Shown here piece by piece: positions 21,045 to 37,984 of a stretch of 64,000 nucleotides of DNA. How positions within the stretch are numbered: the first letter of the stretch is position 1; every line of letters starts with the position of its first letter. The notes beneath the pieces are model-generated. The model was not told the DNA's origin. It searched no databases and saw only the letters and a program-made list of their open reading frames with translations. Source of the stretch: the human T2T-CHM13v2.0 reference genome, Homo sapiens; NCBI RefSeq assembly GCF_009914755.1, contig NC_060936.1. One strand, 5' to 3'. The translations under genes were made by a program, and so were the position numbers.

Positions 21045-21871
21045 TTAAATTGTTTCTTAACTCATTCCCCTCAATCCATTCTCTGCAACAGTTCAGATTA
21101 GTTTCCAGAACATTTAACTATTGCCCCTAGTGGCCTTCTTCCCTTCAGTTCACCATGAACACAGGCTGTGGAATGCAAATATGATTACGCACATCCTCCT
21201 TCGAATTTTAATGTGTCTTCCTAGCTTACTGAGCGACATCCAAGCTCCTTCACAAGGACTTTTTTTTCAGTCTCATGTCTTTTCACCAGGCCAGTGAATT
21301 TTCTCTTTTTTTGCCCTCTTCCATTTTGTATAATGGGCTTTTTCTTTTTTGTCTCTCTTTTTCATAAACTGTTCTCTCGATCTGGAACAATACTCCTTTG
21401 ATTCAGTGGGTTGACTCTTCCCTAACCTCGTATTTCAGCATACAGTTGGTGCTCTTCAAGCACAGGGATGTGACTGGCTTGCTTCCCCAAAACCTCTCCT
21501 ACGTGCCCAGGACAGTGCCCCACACAATGCTGGGAGTAGAGGCGCCCCCAGGTCACTGGGCGTCCAGCCCCTGTAGGTGCAATCCAGCGCCTCTTTCCAG
21601 AAGGCTTCTGGGGGAGGGCTCGAGCTGGAGCACATGAAAAACCAGGGCCGCTCCAGCGTTCCTTCTCAGGTAACATGAGACTGCTCAGAGACTGCTCGAG
21701 GCTGGGGGAATCCCAGAGGGAGAAGCCATGGCTGTGCCGGTACCAAGTAGAGACTGGGCCGCTCCATAAGGCCACGAGGGACTCGGAGTCACATCCTCTG
21801 AGACCACTGTTTCAAGGTGACCTGGGAGCGTTGCAAGGATTCTGGTTATTACAGTTATACGAAGCCAAAGC

Positions 21872-22770
<899 letters not shown>

Positions 22771-22771
22771 C

Positions 22772-23283
22772 TGTCAGAGGCGGTTGAACCAGGGCAACTC
22801 TATCTTGAGTAGGGGCTGGTTAAAATAAGGCTGAGACCTGCTGGGCAGCATTCCCTGGAGGTTAAGGCATTCGTAGTCACAGGATGAGACATGAGGCTGG
22901 CACAAGATACAGGTCATAAAGACCTTGCTGATAAAACAGGTTGCAGTAAAGAAGCCGACTAAAACCGAGATAGCGATGAGAACGACCTGATTGTCCTCAC
23001 TGCCCACCAGTGGCCATGGCAACGTCAGGAAGTTACCCTATATGGTCTAAAAAGAGGATGCATGAATAATCCACCCCTTGTTTAGCATATCATCAAGAAA
23101 TAACCACAAAAATGCGCAACCAGCAGCCCTCGGGGCTGCCCTGCCTATGGATTAGCCATTCTTTATTCCTTTACTTTCCTAATAAACTTGCTTTCACCTT
23201 ATGGATTCGCCTCAAATTCTTTCTTGTGCAAGATCCAAGAACCCTCTCTTAGAGTCTGAGATCCGGACCCCTTTCCAGTAGCA
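22772..23283 (+). mobile_element. MER41 (MER41A-like) ERV1 solo LTR
   Basis: TGTCAGAGGCGGTTGAACCAG...AATAAACTTGCTTTCAC...GGACCCCTTTCCAGTAGCA, with TG...CA termini. Confidence 0.85.
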
Positions 23284-23369
23284 AAAGGTCTTAGACTGAA
23301 GTACTGACTCCACAGTCGTTGTTAAGAATCCTAGTTGTTTAATAGAGGCGGTCTTGGGCTCTTGCTGGG

Positions 23370-24560
23370 CCGCGGTGTGTTCTGGGAAGTGTAGTCACCT
23401 GAGTCTCCAGTTCCTTGTCTCTGGGCCGTGTGTGCACGCCAGCGAAGCACTGTGGGAGTCGTAGTAGGGGAGGAAAACCCTATACCCTCTGGCGTGCGGC
23501 GCAGGAGTTTGGGGGAATGTAGTCGCCAGAGCTCTGCGTTGTCTTCCGGCTTTGGGCGTGGCCACGATGCACTCTGGGAGTCGTAGTAGGGGAAGAACGT
23601 CCTCCGCTCTTTTGCGCACGGTCGCTAGAGGTTCTGGGAAGTGTAGTTGCCTGAAGCTCGTGTTCTTTGTCTTTCGATGATGTGCGCTTGGCCTCAAAGC
23701 ACCCTGGGAGTTGCAGTGGGGCGGGGAAAGCCATATGCTCTCTCGCGCGGGGTCGCGGTTGTTTCTGGGAAGTGTGGTGGCCTGAGTTCCACGTTCTTCG
23801 TTTCTCCGCTAGTTGTGCGCTTGGCCGCGAGACACTCTGGCAGTTATAGGAACACAAAGGTCTGTGTACTCTTCCGCGGGGGGCCGCGGTTATTTCTGGG
23901 AAATGTAGTTGCCTAGGACCCGGGTTCTTTGTTTCTCGGCTCTGGGCGTGGGAGGATAGCCCCTATGCTCTGGCGCACCGGGCCGCGATGGCTCTGGGAA
24001 TTGTAGTTGTCGCAGGCCCTCGTTCTTTGTCTCCTGGCGTTCTGGGCACGGCAGCGAGGCGCTCTGGGAGTTCCAGTAGGAACGAAAAGCCCTTGCGCGC
24101 AGGGCCGCATTGGTTTCTGGGAATTGTAGTTTCTTGAGGCCGGCGGCCTGGTTGGGGTGACGTCGGCGAGGCTTCTGAAGACGCAATTCCTGCGACGCCC
24201 GCGGAGGGGCCCTGGGGGGCGGCGCCGAGCGTCTGGCCTGTGTTGGCTGTAGGCAACGAAAGGAGCCCTCCCGGTCTGCGCCGGATGGCCCCGGGCGGTG
24301 ACTCGGTCCGGAGCCCTGGAACGCTACGCCCACCTGGCGGAAAGCACCACGGAAACGCATCCTTCTGTGGCCACTGTTAGGTGAGGGGGTTCTGGGGAGG
24401 CGCGCCGTGGCAGGAAGAGAAAGCCGGCGCCAGTGGTCCAAGCGCGATCTCTCAGGGCGCCCTGCTCTCTACGTGGGAGGCGCGGAGCGGGGGCCACGGG
24501 AATCCCCAGTGCGGGAATCTAGTGACTTGGGCGCGGCCTAGCTGGCCTGTTCGCTCAGGG
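23370..24560 (+). promoter_or_regulatory. CpG-island promoter of ZNF140 with a tandem array of ZNF143/THAP11 (SBS, ACTACAnnTCCCA) motifs and a CRE-like site
   Basis: CpG-dense. About 12 TGGGAnnTGTAGT-type motifs between 23383 and 24130; TGACGTCG at 24158-24165. Confidence 0.85.
24170..24380 (+). other. ZNF140: ZNF140 non-coding first exon (5' end approximate)
   Basis: Donor TAG|GTGAGG at 24380/24381, downstream of the motif array. The next acceptor is tctctctgccag|G at 24580/24581. Confidence 0.6.
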
Positions 24561-24628
24561 CTCCTTTCTCTCTCTGCCAGGTCTGCCATTTTACACTTTT
24601 CTGATCTCCTCCTTCCCTTCTGTGAGCT

Positions 24629-24637
24629 ATGTCTCAG
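24629..24637 (+). CDS. ZNF140: ZNF140 start exon coding part (ATG TCT CAG = MSQ); exon 24581-24637
   Basis: ATGTCTCAG|GTAAGC donor, phase 0, joins the KRAB-A exon in frame. Confidence 0.88.
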
Positions 24638-24652
24638 GTAAGCTAATGATTG

Positions 24653-24655
<3 letters not shown>

Positions 24656-24690
<35 letters not shown>

Positions 24691-24808
24691 TTTTATTTTT
24701 TTTTTAAGAGAGAGACAGGGTCTCCTCCTGTCGCCCAGGCAGTGGAGCGATCATAGCATCCTGTAACCTCAAACTCTTGGCCTCAAGTGAGCCAACCCAC
24801 TTGGCCTG
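24656..24808 (-). repeat. (TA)n microsatellite plus Alu monomer (FLAM-like)
   Basis: About 15 TA units at 24656-24687, then a reverse Alu monomer. Confidence 0.8.
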
Positions 24809-25145
24809 TTTCCGCTTTTCTTTGTGAAGTGCAGCCGTGTTTTTCAGGACTTGGGACGTGGCTTTCTTTCTCCTACAACCACCTGCCTGGCAGAACCCCA
24901 GGACCCTGTCCCTTGTTCCTCCTTTTCAGGTGCTTATACTTAAGTATACATGAAGAGAGTGACAGGAAGCTATCCAGATGTGGGCGGGGTTTCTGACCTG
25001 GCTGGCATGTTTTAGGGTGAGAGGGTAGGGTGCCAGCTGTTACATCGCCTCCTCTTTCCCACAGTGTTAGAATGAGGAGTGCTTTACGTTACTCCAGCGC
25101 CCCTTTATTCATTTATTCAATATGTTTTTACTGAACCTCTACTTT

Positions 25146-25310
25146 CAGTGGTTCCCACAGTGTGATCCTTGGACCAGCAGTATCAGCATCATCTGAGAAC
25201 GTATTAGAAATGAATATTCTTGAGTCCTACCCCAGACCTTCTGAATCAGAAACTGAGAATTTGGCCCAGCAGTCTAACAGTCCTTCCAAGTGATTCTAAT
25301 GTGCAACTCA
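25146..25310. mobile_element. MER5A-like hAT MITE
   Basis: CAGTGGTTCCCACAGTGTG...TGAATCAGAAACT...GTGATTCTAATG. Confidence 0.7.
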
Positions 25311-26343
25311 TTCTAAGTCTTGAGGATGCAGAAGTGACCAAAACAAAATCTCCGAATCCTCAGAGCTCATTTTTCAGACATGACATAAGGAACACATTTT
25401 TATTTTGATTTGGCCTAAGGGCTTGGCTGGTAATTGTGCTTCACAGCAGTGGGGATAACAGGGTCAACTATTCAAAATGAGTCCCTCATTTCAGTTCCAC
25501 TTCTTTATCCTACTTTTTGTCATACTTCTCTCCAAATTCAGAGGTTCTCTGAGTTTTGCTGGGGAATCCAATTTCCACCTCTGCTGCAGATCTTGCTGTG
25601 TAGGAAACAGCTGCTTTATTAGTCAACAGTCTTTAATCACTTTTTTATTAAACTTCAAAACTGTAAATTATAACTGCCATCCATCTGGGACTGCTACTAG
25701 TTTGAGACATTTTAAATTCCCATTCATGCCTTATAGATCAATGTGGATCACTCAAGTGGTGCAAAACCAGGCTGCAAAGCAAGGGCTTATATATTATTCC
25801 CCCTAACTCTGAGGGAAAGTGCTTTAGGTTCTGTCCTGGGAGGTATTACATTCTCTTCTTGCGGAATCAAGATTCTTTATTGCTTATCCTCCTTGTTCTG
25901 TGACATTGCTAAAATTACCACTAAGTTTCACAGGTATTTCTTTAGGATTAGGGATAACTGTGACAAACTTGAGACTGTATGCCCCATTTGAAGGGTGGTG
26001 CTGTTATCTGCTGTAGCCAATTATTACCCTGAAGAAATTCTGGCTGAATTATATTAAAATAGGCTGGTATTAAGGAAAATATACATTGTTTATTAACATA
26101 AAGGAATACTGTAAAATCTTAAGAATTTTTACAACCAATGCCAAAAATCCATATTGTTCATGTGTATAATCCTTTATTTTGAATAAAATTGTAAATTATC
26201 TCAGGACAGATAATTTATGTTTTTCTCCTTTTCTCCAGTTATACAACAAAACACAAGAGCTAGGCTCTTCATTATATAATTACTCAGAATTCTGAAAACT
26301 CTCACTGTTACTACTTAGACACATTGCCTAACCTCCACAGTGA

Positions 26344-26670
<327 letters not shown>

Positions 26671-26747
26671 TAACTGCACCTTATTTTTAGACATTTTAAA
26701 AACTTACATCTGACATTTCCTTTGTGGCCCCTCTTAGGATTCAATGA

Positions 26748-26882
<135 letters not shown>

Positions 26883-26994
26883 TGAGTTGGAAGCTGATGG
26901 GGAAATTTTTTAAAACCACTCAATTAGTCAATGAAAAAGGAATACTTTTTAATATGTTGATTGGAAAATTTTCCCTTAAAGATACTAGAGATAC

Positions 26995-27316
<322 letters not shown>

Positions 27317-28333
27317 TCACTTACAACTCCATAAAACACTACTTCATACCCAATTCTGTTTTTTCTATATTACCTAACAGCTGACATAGTCGACCAGTTC
27401 TCACCTTATACTTTCTTTTCTTTCTCACAGGTGTCTTTTTTGTTCCCGTTGTTAGTTCTGTCTGGTCTCTGAATTTCATTTCTTTTTGTTTTTTCTTTCC
27501 TTTCTTTCTTCAAATGGACATACATTTCTATTGCCTGAATTCAACCTGAGAAAGAAAAAAAAAATTAAAAGTACATATTTTGCTGTTCTATTTAATCACC
27601 TTGAAAAGATTAATTCATTACTCTTTGATTAATTGATATTTATTTATTCCTTCACATACACTCTTAATATTTACAGAAATTTTAATCTTGTCAAATCTTT
27701 CTCAAGACTTTCTATTAAGTGCTACAGAGACTAGAGAGTGTGCAAAAGTGTAATAACTATCAAGGAATTCATGGCCTAGTGATGTGTCTAAATAGCTTGC
27801 ATTAGATATCCTCAAATTAGCAGTACAGCAGTGAAAAAAGGAATTTCCAGTTGTCGTTTTAGGCTTGGGTAATTTGGATGCAGATAGTACTAGAGAAACA
27901 AAAGACAGAAAAAGGGTCAGTTTTGGAGAAAAGGTGATGAATTCTGTAAGTTCTGTAAATTCTATAGTTGCTTCTATAGCACATGTTTAATGGAGGTACA
28001 CTGATTTTTAGAGAGAAAAGGAGGAATGCGTACTTTTTAGGAGGCAGCAGCTTAGGACTGATGAAACAGATGTCATGAAAACTGAGCTGTAGCTTTAAGG
28101 AAGAGTAGTGGTTCATATGAAATGCTGCGGAGTCCCTTAGGAGAATGTCCAGAAGGATTTGCAAAGGAGGTACTAATGTGGGCTGAAGCAGTGAGATGGA
28201 ACAGGTGCAGGGAAACTTTGTTTAGTGGGAGCAAATGAGGAAAAATGTCCTTTTTGAATTAAAAAATAACAAAACTGATAAAAGCATGTACAAAGGAAGT
28301 GAGGAAAAAGGAAAACATGGAAGTTGCCTCTAA

Positions 28334-29433
<1,100 letters not shown>

Positions 29434-30832
29434 TTAAGTTTTTTGCACATTTAGAGATACTGCAAGCAATGCTGTTACTGTGCATGTATCCTGATACATA
29501 TTGGCACAAGTTTCTCTGTGGTTTATATCTAGGACTGGAATTGCCAAGTTGGAGGATAATGCACCTCTTTATGTTATTAGATAATGCCAAAATGTTTTCC
29601 AAAGACCCTTGACTGACTTATACTCCCGCAAACCCAATAAGTGAATGCCTGTTGGGCATCGTAATTTTCATCTATCAGAAGGGTGTGCAGTGGTAGCTTG
29701 TGGTTTAAACTTGCATTTGTCAGGCCATTAATAAAGTTGAGCACCTTTTCGTATGTTTATTGAACATCTAGGTATCCCCATCTGCGAAGTGAATCTTGAA
29801 GATTTTTCTCTTGTATCTATTGGATTCTTTTATTGATTTGTAGAAGTTATATATTTTAGATAGAAATCCTTTGCTAATTGTATGTACTTCAAAATCTTTC
29901 ACATGTGGCTTTTTTTTAACCTTCATAGCTTCTTTTGATGAACAGAAATTCTTAATTTTAGTGTAGTCAGATGTATCAATCTTTTCTTTTATGTTTAGTA
30001 TTTTTTTAGCCTGTTTAAGAAATCTTTCCCTCCTAAGAGATTATGATGAAGACATCTTCCTATATTTTCTTTTAAAAAAGCCTACTTATTTTGCCATTCA
30101 CATTTCGATCCATCGTTCACTTTATTTTGTCATGTGAGTTAGTAGTCAACTTTGCTATCTTCTGTATGGAGATCCAGTTATCATAGTACCATTTATTGAT
30201 AGATCAACCATTTTCCTCACTGTTTTGAAATTAGTTAAATGTCAATTTTTGTGTTTGTATGTTTCTAGGTTCTCAATTCTCTTTCATTTTTCTCTTTGCT
30301 CAAATCTATACAGCCTTAGTTACAGATTTAATGATTAACATTTTATTGTATTTGTCTTACCCCTGCCCCTTTTTTTCTCTGAATTATTTTAAGTAAACAG
30401 GGCTACCATTTAAGAGTTGTTGCTGCAACCTAGTGTAGATCTAATCATTACCTGAACTATGTAGGCATCCAGGGAGCTAAGGGAGGTAGACAGATTGGAA
30501 ATAAAGTGAAGAAGTAGACTCAAAAGGACCTGGCGATTGGCTAGATGACAGACATGAAGAAGACTGAGAAGTCGTGGTTGACATTAGTCTTTTTGGTGGT
30601 ATGATTGTTTCCTTAGTTAAAAAAAAAAGGATCAGCAAGTTTGTAGGGGAGGGAAGATTATATTGAGACTTGTTGAGTTTGGGTCTCTGTGGGATACGAA
30701 TATATAAATCCAGTAGGCAATTGAGTATCATAGTCAAGAGGCTTCAAATGCATATTCCTAGGCCCCACCCTGGAAATTCTAAATTGGTAGGTTTGGGGTG
30801 GAACCAAATAATTTGCATTTCTTTCTTTTTTT

Positions 30833-30932
30833 GGCTAGTCAAAAAAAAAAAAGCGGGAGTGGAGGAGAAACAAAGAAATCTATAACTAGTTGTTATCAAT
30901 GACTTATAAACTCCACTGCATTCAGACCAGCC
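30833..30932 (-). pseudogene. Y3 RNA (RNY3-derived) retropseudogene inserted in a MER5A-like element
   Basis: Minus strand reads GGCTGGTCTGAATGCAGTGGAGTTTATAAGTCATTGATAACAACTAGTTATAGATTTCTTTGTTTCTCCTCCACTCCC...TTGACTAGCC, colinear with hY3. A-rich tail at 30823-30832; 13-bp TSD AATTTGCATTTCT at 30810-30822 and 30935-30947. Confidence 0.9.
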
Positions 30933-31134
30933 AGAATTTGCATTTCTAACAAATGACCAGATGATGCTGATGCTGAACTAAAGTAGACATTTAGGAGTTA
31001 CCTGCACAGCTTCTTAAAATTTTGAATTTTCTTTGTAGAATTGTTGCATACCTGTTATTTCTTCTTAAGCAACTTTCCCCAGTTTCTTTTCTATATTGCT
31101 TCTCTATAGGAATGCTAGTCAATTTGTATATTTA

Positions 31135-31541
<407 letters not shown>

Positions 31542-32533
31542 TTATAGAATAATTTCACTGCACTAAAAATTCTCTGTGTTCTGCCTAATCACCCATTCCC
31601 AACCCTTGGCATCCGCTGATTTTTGTTACTGTCTCCATAGTTTTGCCTGTTCCAGAATGTCAGAGAGTTGGAATTAACCTTTTCAAAATGGCTTCTTTCA
31701 CATACTAATACATAGTAATATGCATTTTAGTTACATGTCTTTTCATGGCTTGATAGCTCTTTCTTTTTAGCACTGAATAATATTCCATTGTCTGCATGTA
31801 CTGCAGTTTACTTATATGTTCACCTACTTAAGGACATTGTGGTTGCTTCCAAAGTTTTGACAATTTTGAATAAAGCACATCTGTGTGCAGGTTTTTGTAT
31901 GGGCATAAGTTTTCATTTCATTTGGGTAAATACCAAGGAGTGTGACTGCTGGGTCATATGGTAAGAATATATTTAGTTTTGTAAGTAACTGCCAAAATGT
32001 CTTCCAAAGTGATTGTACCATTTTGCATTCCCGTCAGCAATGAATGATTGATATTATCATGTGATTTTATTTTTTTATCACGATTGGTTGTTGGATTTTG
32101 CTAATGCTTTTATTGCTTCTATTGATATTATGTGATTTTACTTCTTTAGCCTGTTGATGTGATGGATTATATTTTACATTAATTGATTTTCAAATGTTGA
32201 ACCAGCCCTGTATACCTGGGATAAATTCCACTTGGGCATGGAGTATAATTCCCTTTATACATTGTTGGATTAAATTTACTAGTATTTTGTTGAGAATTTT
32301 TACATTTATGTTCATGAGAGATACTGGCCTGTCATTTTCTTTTCTTATAATTCCTTTGGTTTTGATACTAGGTCAGTGCTGGCCTCATAGAATGAGTGGG
32401 GAAGTTTTCCCTCCGTTTCTGTCGTCTGGAAGAGATTGAGGGGATTGGTATAATTTCTTCCTTAAATGTTTGGTAGAATTTACCAGTGAATCCTGATGCT
32501 TTCATTTTTGAAAGTTATTAATTATTCATTTGA

Positions 32534-33841
<1,308 letters not shown>

Positions 33842-33852
33842 TGATTGATTTA

Positions 33853-34861
33853 TGAAGGGGTGGCCTGCCCCTCCACACCTGTGGGTATTTCTAGTCGGGT
33901 GGGACAAGAGACTGAGAAAAGAAAGAAGACACAGAGACAAAGTATAGAGAAACAACAGTGGGCCCAGGGGACCGGCATCAGCATACCAAGGACCTGCACC
34001 AGCACCGGCCTCTGAGTTCCCTCAGTTTTTATTATTATTTTCATTATTTCAGCAAAAAGGAATGTAGTAGGAGAGCAGGGTGATAATAAGGAGAAGGTCA
34101 GCAAAAAACATGTGAGCAAAAGAATCTATGTCATAATTAGGTTTAAGGGAAGGTACTATGCCTAGATGTGCACGTAATCCAGGTTTATGTTTCTCTCCAC
34201 CCAAACATCTCAGCGGAGTAAAGAATAACAAGGCAGCATTGCTGCAAACATATCTCGCCTCCCACCATAGGGCGGTTTTGCTACTATCTCAGAATTGAAC
34301 AAATGTACAATCGGGTTTTATACCGAGACATTCAGTTCCCAGGGGCAGGCAGGAGACAGTGGCCTTCCTCTATCTCAACTGCAAGAGGCTTTCCTCTTTT
34401 ACTCATCCATCTCAGCACAGACCTTTTACAGGTGTCGGGCTGGGGGACGGTCAGGTCTTTCTCATCCCACGAGGCCATATTTCAGACTCTCACATGGGGA
34501 GAAACCTTGGACAATACCCTGCTTTCAAGGGCAGAGGTCTCTGCGGCTTTCTGCAGTGCACTGTGCCCTGGTTTATTGAGACTAGAGAATGGCGATGACT
34601 TTTACCAAGTATACTGCTTGTAAACATTTTGTTAACAAGGCACGTCCTGCACAGCCCTAGATCCCTTAAACATTGATTTTATACAACACATGTTTTTGTG
34701 AGCTCCAGGTTGGGTCAAAGTGGCTGGGGAAAGCTACAAATTAACAACATCTCAGCAAAGCAATTGTTTAAAGTACAGGTCTTTTTCAAAATGGAGTCTC
34801 TTATGTCTTCCCTTTCTACATAGGCACAGTGACAGTCTGATCTCTCTTTCTTTTCCCTACA
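33853..34861 (-). repeat. HERV-K 3' LTR (1009 bp)
   Basis: Minus strand begins TGTAGGGAAAAG after the PPT AAAAGAAAAGGGGGAAA (34862-34878) and ends GGCCACCCCTTCA. Confidence 0.95.
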
Positions 34862-36820
34862 TTTCCCCCTTTTCTTTTTGACAAAACCGCCATCGTCATC
34901 ATGACCCGTTCTCGCTGGTCGCTGTCTCTCCGGAGCTGTTGTATACACCTGTAGACTAATAATAGAAAGGACAGACATACAAGGATTAATACAAAATTTG
35001 TAATAGTGGAATTTCCAGTGGTTTTAACCCAAGTGACAGGGTTAAGATTTGTGAGGCTATCAACAGCTTTTACCATTGTCTCAGTTTCTGGCACCAGATT
35101 TAACTGGGTTTTGATGTTTCAAAAATAATGTTCTTTCAATTTGGAAATATCTAAAGTAAGATTGTCTTCTCTTCCTTGTAGACGGCGTTTAACCATGTCC
35201 CAGTGATGTTCAGATTCATTATAGGCTCGAGGTGTAATACAAAAATCTGACGTAGTCCAGTCACACTAACTGAAAAAGATATTCCAGGCTCATGAGCCTA
35301 TCTCCCATCCAAATGACAGTTTGTCTAAGATCATTAATTTGATTTGCTAATTTTTGATCTATTTGAGTCTGAGAATTCCACAGTCTTGAGGAATTCTTTT
35401 GCCAATTATTCACATATTTTGTAGTTTGAACAGAGCAGTGTAAAGCAATTCCAGCAGCCACAGCAGTAGCTGTGACTGCAATAAGACCCATAATCACTGC
35501 AATCAAAGTAAAAATGAATCTTTTAGATTTAGTTAGAACTCCTTTTAATACTTCTGTTAAGATATGTACGGATGGAGAAGCCTCCCACGGTCGGTCCATG
35601 GACACAGGGATCCTCGCACCCTCTCTTGCCCTCACTAACAGAATACGATGCTGCCAATCAAAAGTTGAATCAATGCAAGTAAACAATCTACAATTTTCAC
35701 AGGTTATAGTTTGGACATCTGGTTTAATAACTATGTTTCCTACAACTAGCATATAAGGGGGTTTTACACAACTTTGCAAAGGAATTGTCAGATTGGAATT
35801 TAGGTTAATAGTGTAATATGGCTTGTGATTTCTTGTTTCCATAACTTGATTTCCATACCAAATTTTAATGTGGTAGGAGACCACAGTGAGCTTCCATAAT
35901 TTTGGGTGTTCAGGACCAACAACAGGACTAACTAACTTTGGTCGGGGTGATGAAATTCCCTTTTCACCCCATTTCCATGGATAGGGTGATTCTAGCCTTC
36001 TGTAAACCTGGTCTAGCCTTTTAGTTAAATCACCATCATAGGCCGGATTAGTGGGCCAGAGAGATGGAGCCTGTGAACATGAGTGGGCCTGGCCCGTACA
36101 ATCATAATATAATTGGCCTCGAGGGGCCCAGTCTATAATAGTTCCAAATTTATTGTTTTGTAGTACCACTGCAGTATCAGCCGCACATTGTTCCCAAACT
36201 AAGACTTCTGGGTCTTTTGATTCTTTTGGAATTTCCTTGGGGCATGGTTTTCCCTTAGGCCTAAATTTTAATGATCTTTGATAGGAAGAATCCTGTAAAT
36301 TATTCATTTGTGACCCGATTGACATTCCACTTACCATGTGATAAGTAAATTTACTGGTGGCATTGACAGTAGGTACTTATACCAACCAATTTTGGATTGT
36401 AGGCATTAAGCATCCTGGTGCTTTTTCCAGGCAAATAGGAGGATAATGATACCCAATGGAAATGTTTATCATCATTCCTTCTTCAGGTTGGGCAGGGCCA
36501 CGGTCATCCATGGGGCCTGGTACCCATGCACTGTTATTAACGTATACTTCAATAGGATTATCTATCCAAGTAATTGTCTGAATTAAGGGTGGGAAAGGCA
36601 CATAGGCCCAGTAAGTATAGTTAGTTGTAGCGGCTCCTGCAGACATAGGGAGACTTACCACCGTTGATACAATCATTAAAGCTGCAAGCAGCATATTCTC
36701 TGGAGTTTGTGTTACTCTTGTGTTTTCCAGGCTTTTTTTCAGCTAACTGTGTCAGCTTCTTTAGCTGGGCCCATGTCGACGGCTCCGCTTTCTTGGTAGA
36801 TGGAAACTTCTTTTGTAAGT
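34816..36820 (-). pseudogene. env: HML-2 env (type 2) pseudogene: start region deleted, one premature stop (36377-36379) and frameshifts
   Basis: [45 protein letters not shown]|[11 protein letters not shown] cleavage/fusion peptide, [14 protein letters not shown], and the TM tail [11 protein letters not shown]. Confidence 0.93.
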
Positions 36821-36857
36821 TGTAAGTATCCAAACTGGAAGCTGATTTATTTTCTGG

Positions 36858-37345
<488 letters not shown>

Positions 37346-37980
37346 TCTTTCCCAAATAATGAAAAGGAGTGGAGGTCTGAATTTTATCAGATGATATTGT
37401 CAGGCCTGCGTTTGCAACCTCTGTCTGCAGAAATGTGTAACAGTCAATTAATTTGTCTCTGGTTTCTGGAGCACACAAAATATTATCAACATAATGAATA
37501 ATACAACAGTCTGAAAACTTGTCTCTCATTGGTTGAAGAACTTGAGCTACAAAAGTCTGACAAATAGTTGGACTATTAAGCATTCCCTGAGGCAACACTT
37601 TCCACTGAAATCTGGTGGCTGGTTCTTTATTATTTACGGCTGGTATAGTAAAAGCAAATTTTTCAAAATCCTGTTTTGCCACAGGAATGGTAAAAAAGCA
37701 ATCCTTTGAATCAATTATAATTAAAAGCCAATCTTTGGGGGTCATGGCCGGAGAGGGCAGCCCAGGTTGGAGAGGCCCCATGGGTTGAATTGCTGCATTA
37801 ATGGCTCTCAAATCAGTTAGCATGCACCATCTGCCTGATTTTTTCTGAATTACAAACACAGGAGAATTCTAAAGAGAGAAAGTGGGTGGAACACATCCTA
37901 TTTAAAATAGTTTTTTAACTATTTTATGTAACACCCCCAACTTTTCCTTAGAGAGCGGCCACTCTTTGACCCATACAGGA
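37346..37980 (-). pseudogene. pol: HML-2 reverse transcriptase N-terminal remnant
   Basis: PVWVKEWPL...[22 protein letters not shown]...[18 protein letters not shown]...YVDN (YxDD mutated)...STPFHYLG; in-frame stops near 37870 and 37905. Confidence 0.92.
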
Positions 37981-37984
37981 AGCT

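Noticed and set aside
22772-23283. MER41 as an interferon-gamma-inducible enhancer
   Set aside because: The tandem TTCCnGGAA segment is absent from this copy.
23383-24130. Repeat-spacer pattern resembling a CRISPR array
   Set aside because: Eukaryotic context with no cas genes; the repeats are degenerate 13-mers matching a known transcription-factor motif, and the spacers are homologous to one another.
23395-24641. Several 60-183 aa ORFs on both strands
   Set aside because: Expected from stop-poor CpG-island sequence; no recognisable domains.
35261-36337. 358-aa env ORF as a domesticated envelope gene
   Set aside because: No signal peptide, an upstream stop and a frameshift before the TM anchor; best treated as a pseudogene fragment.
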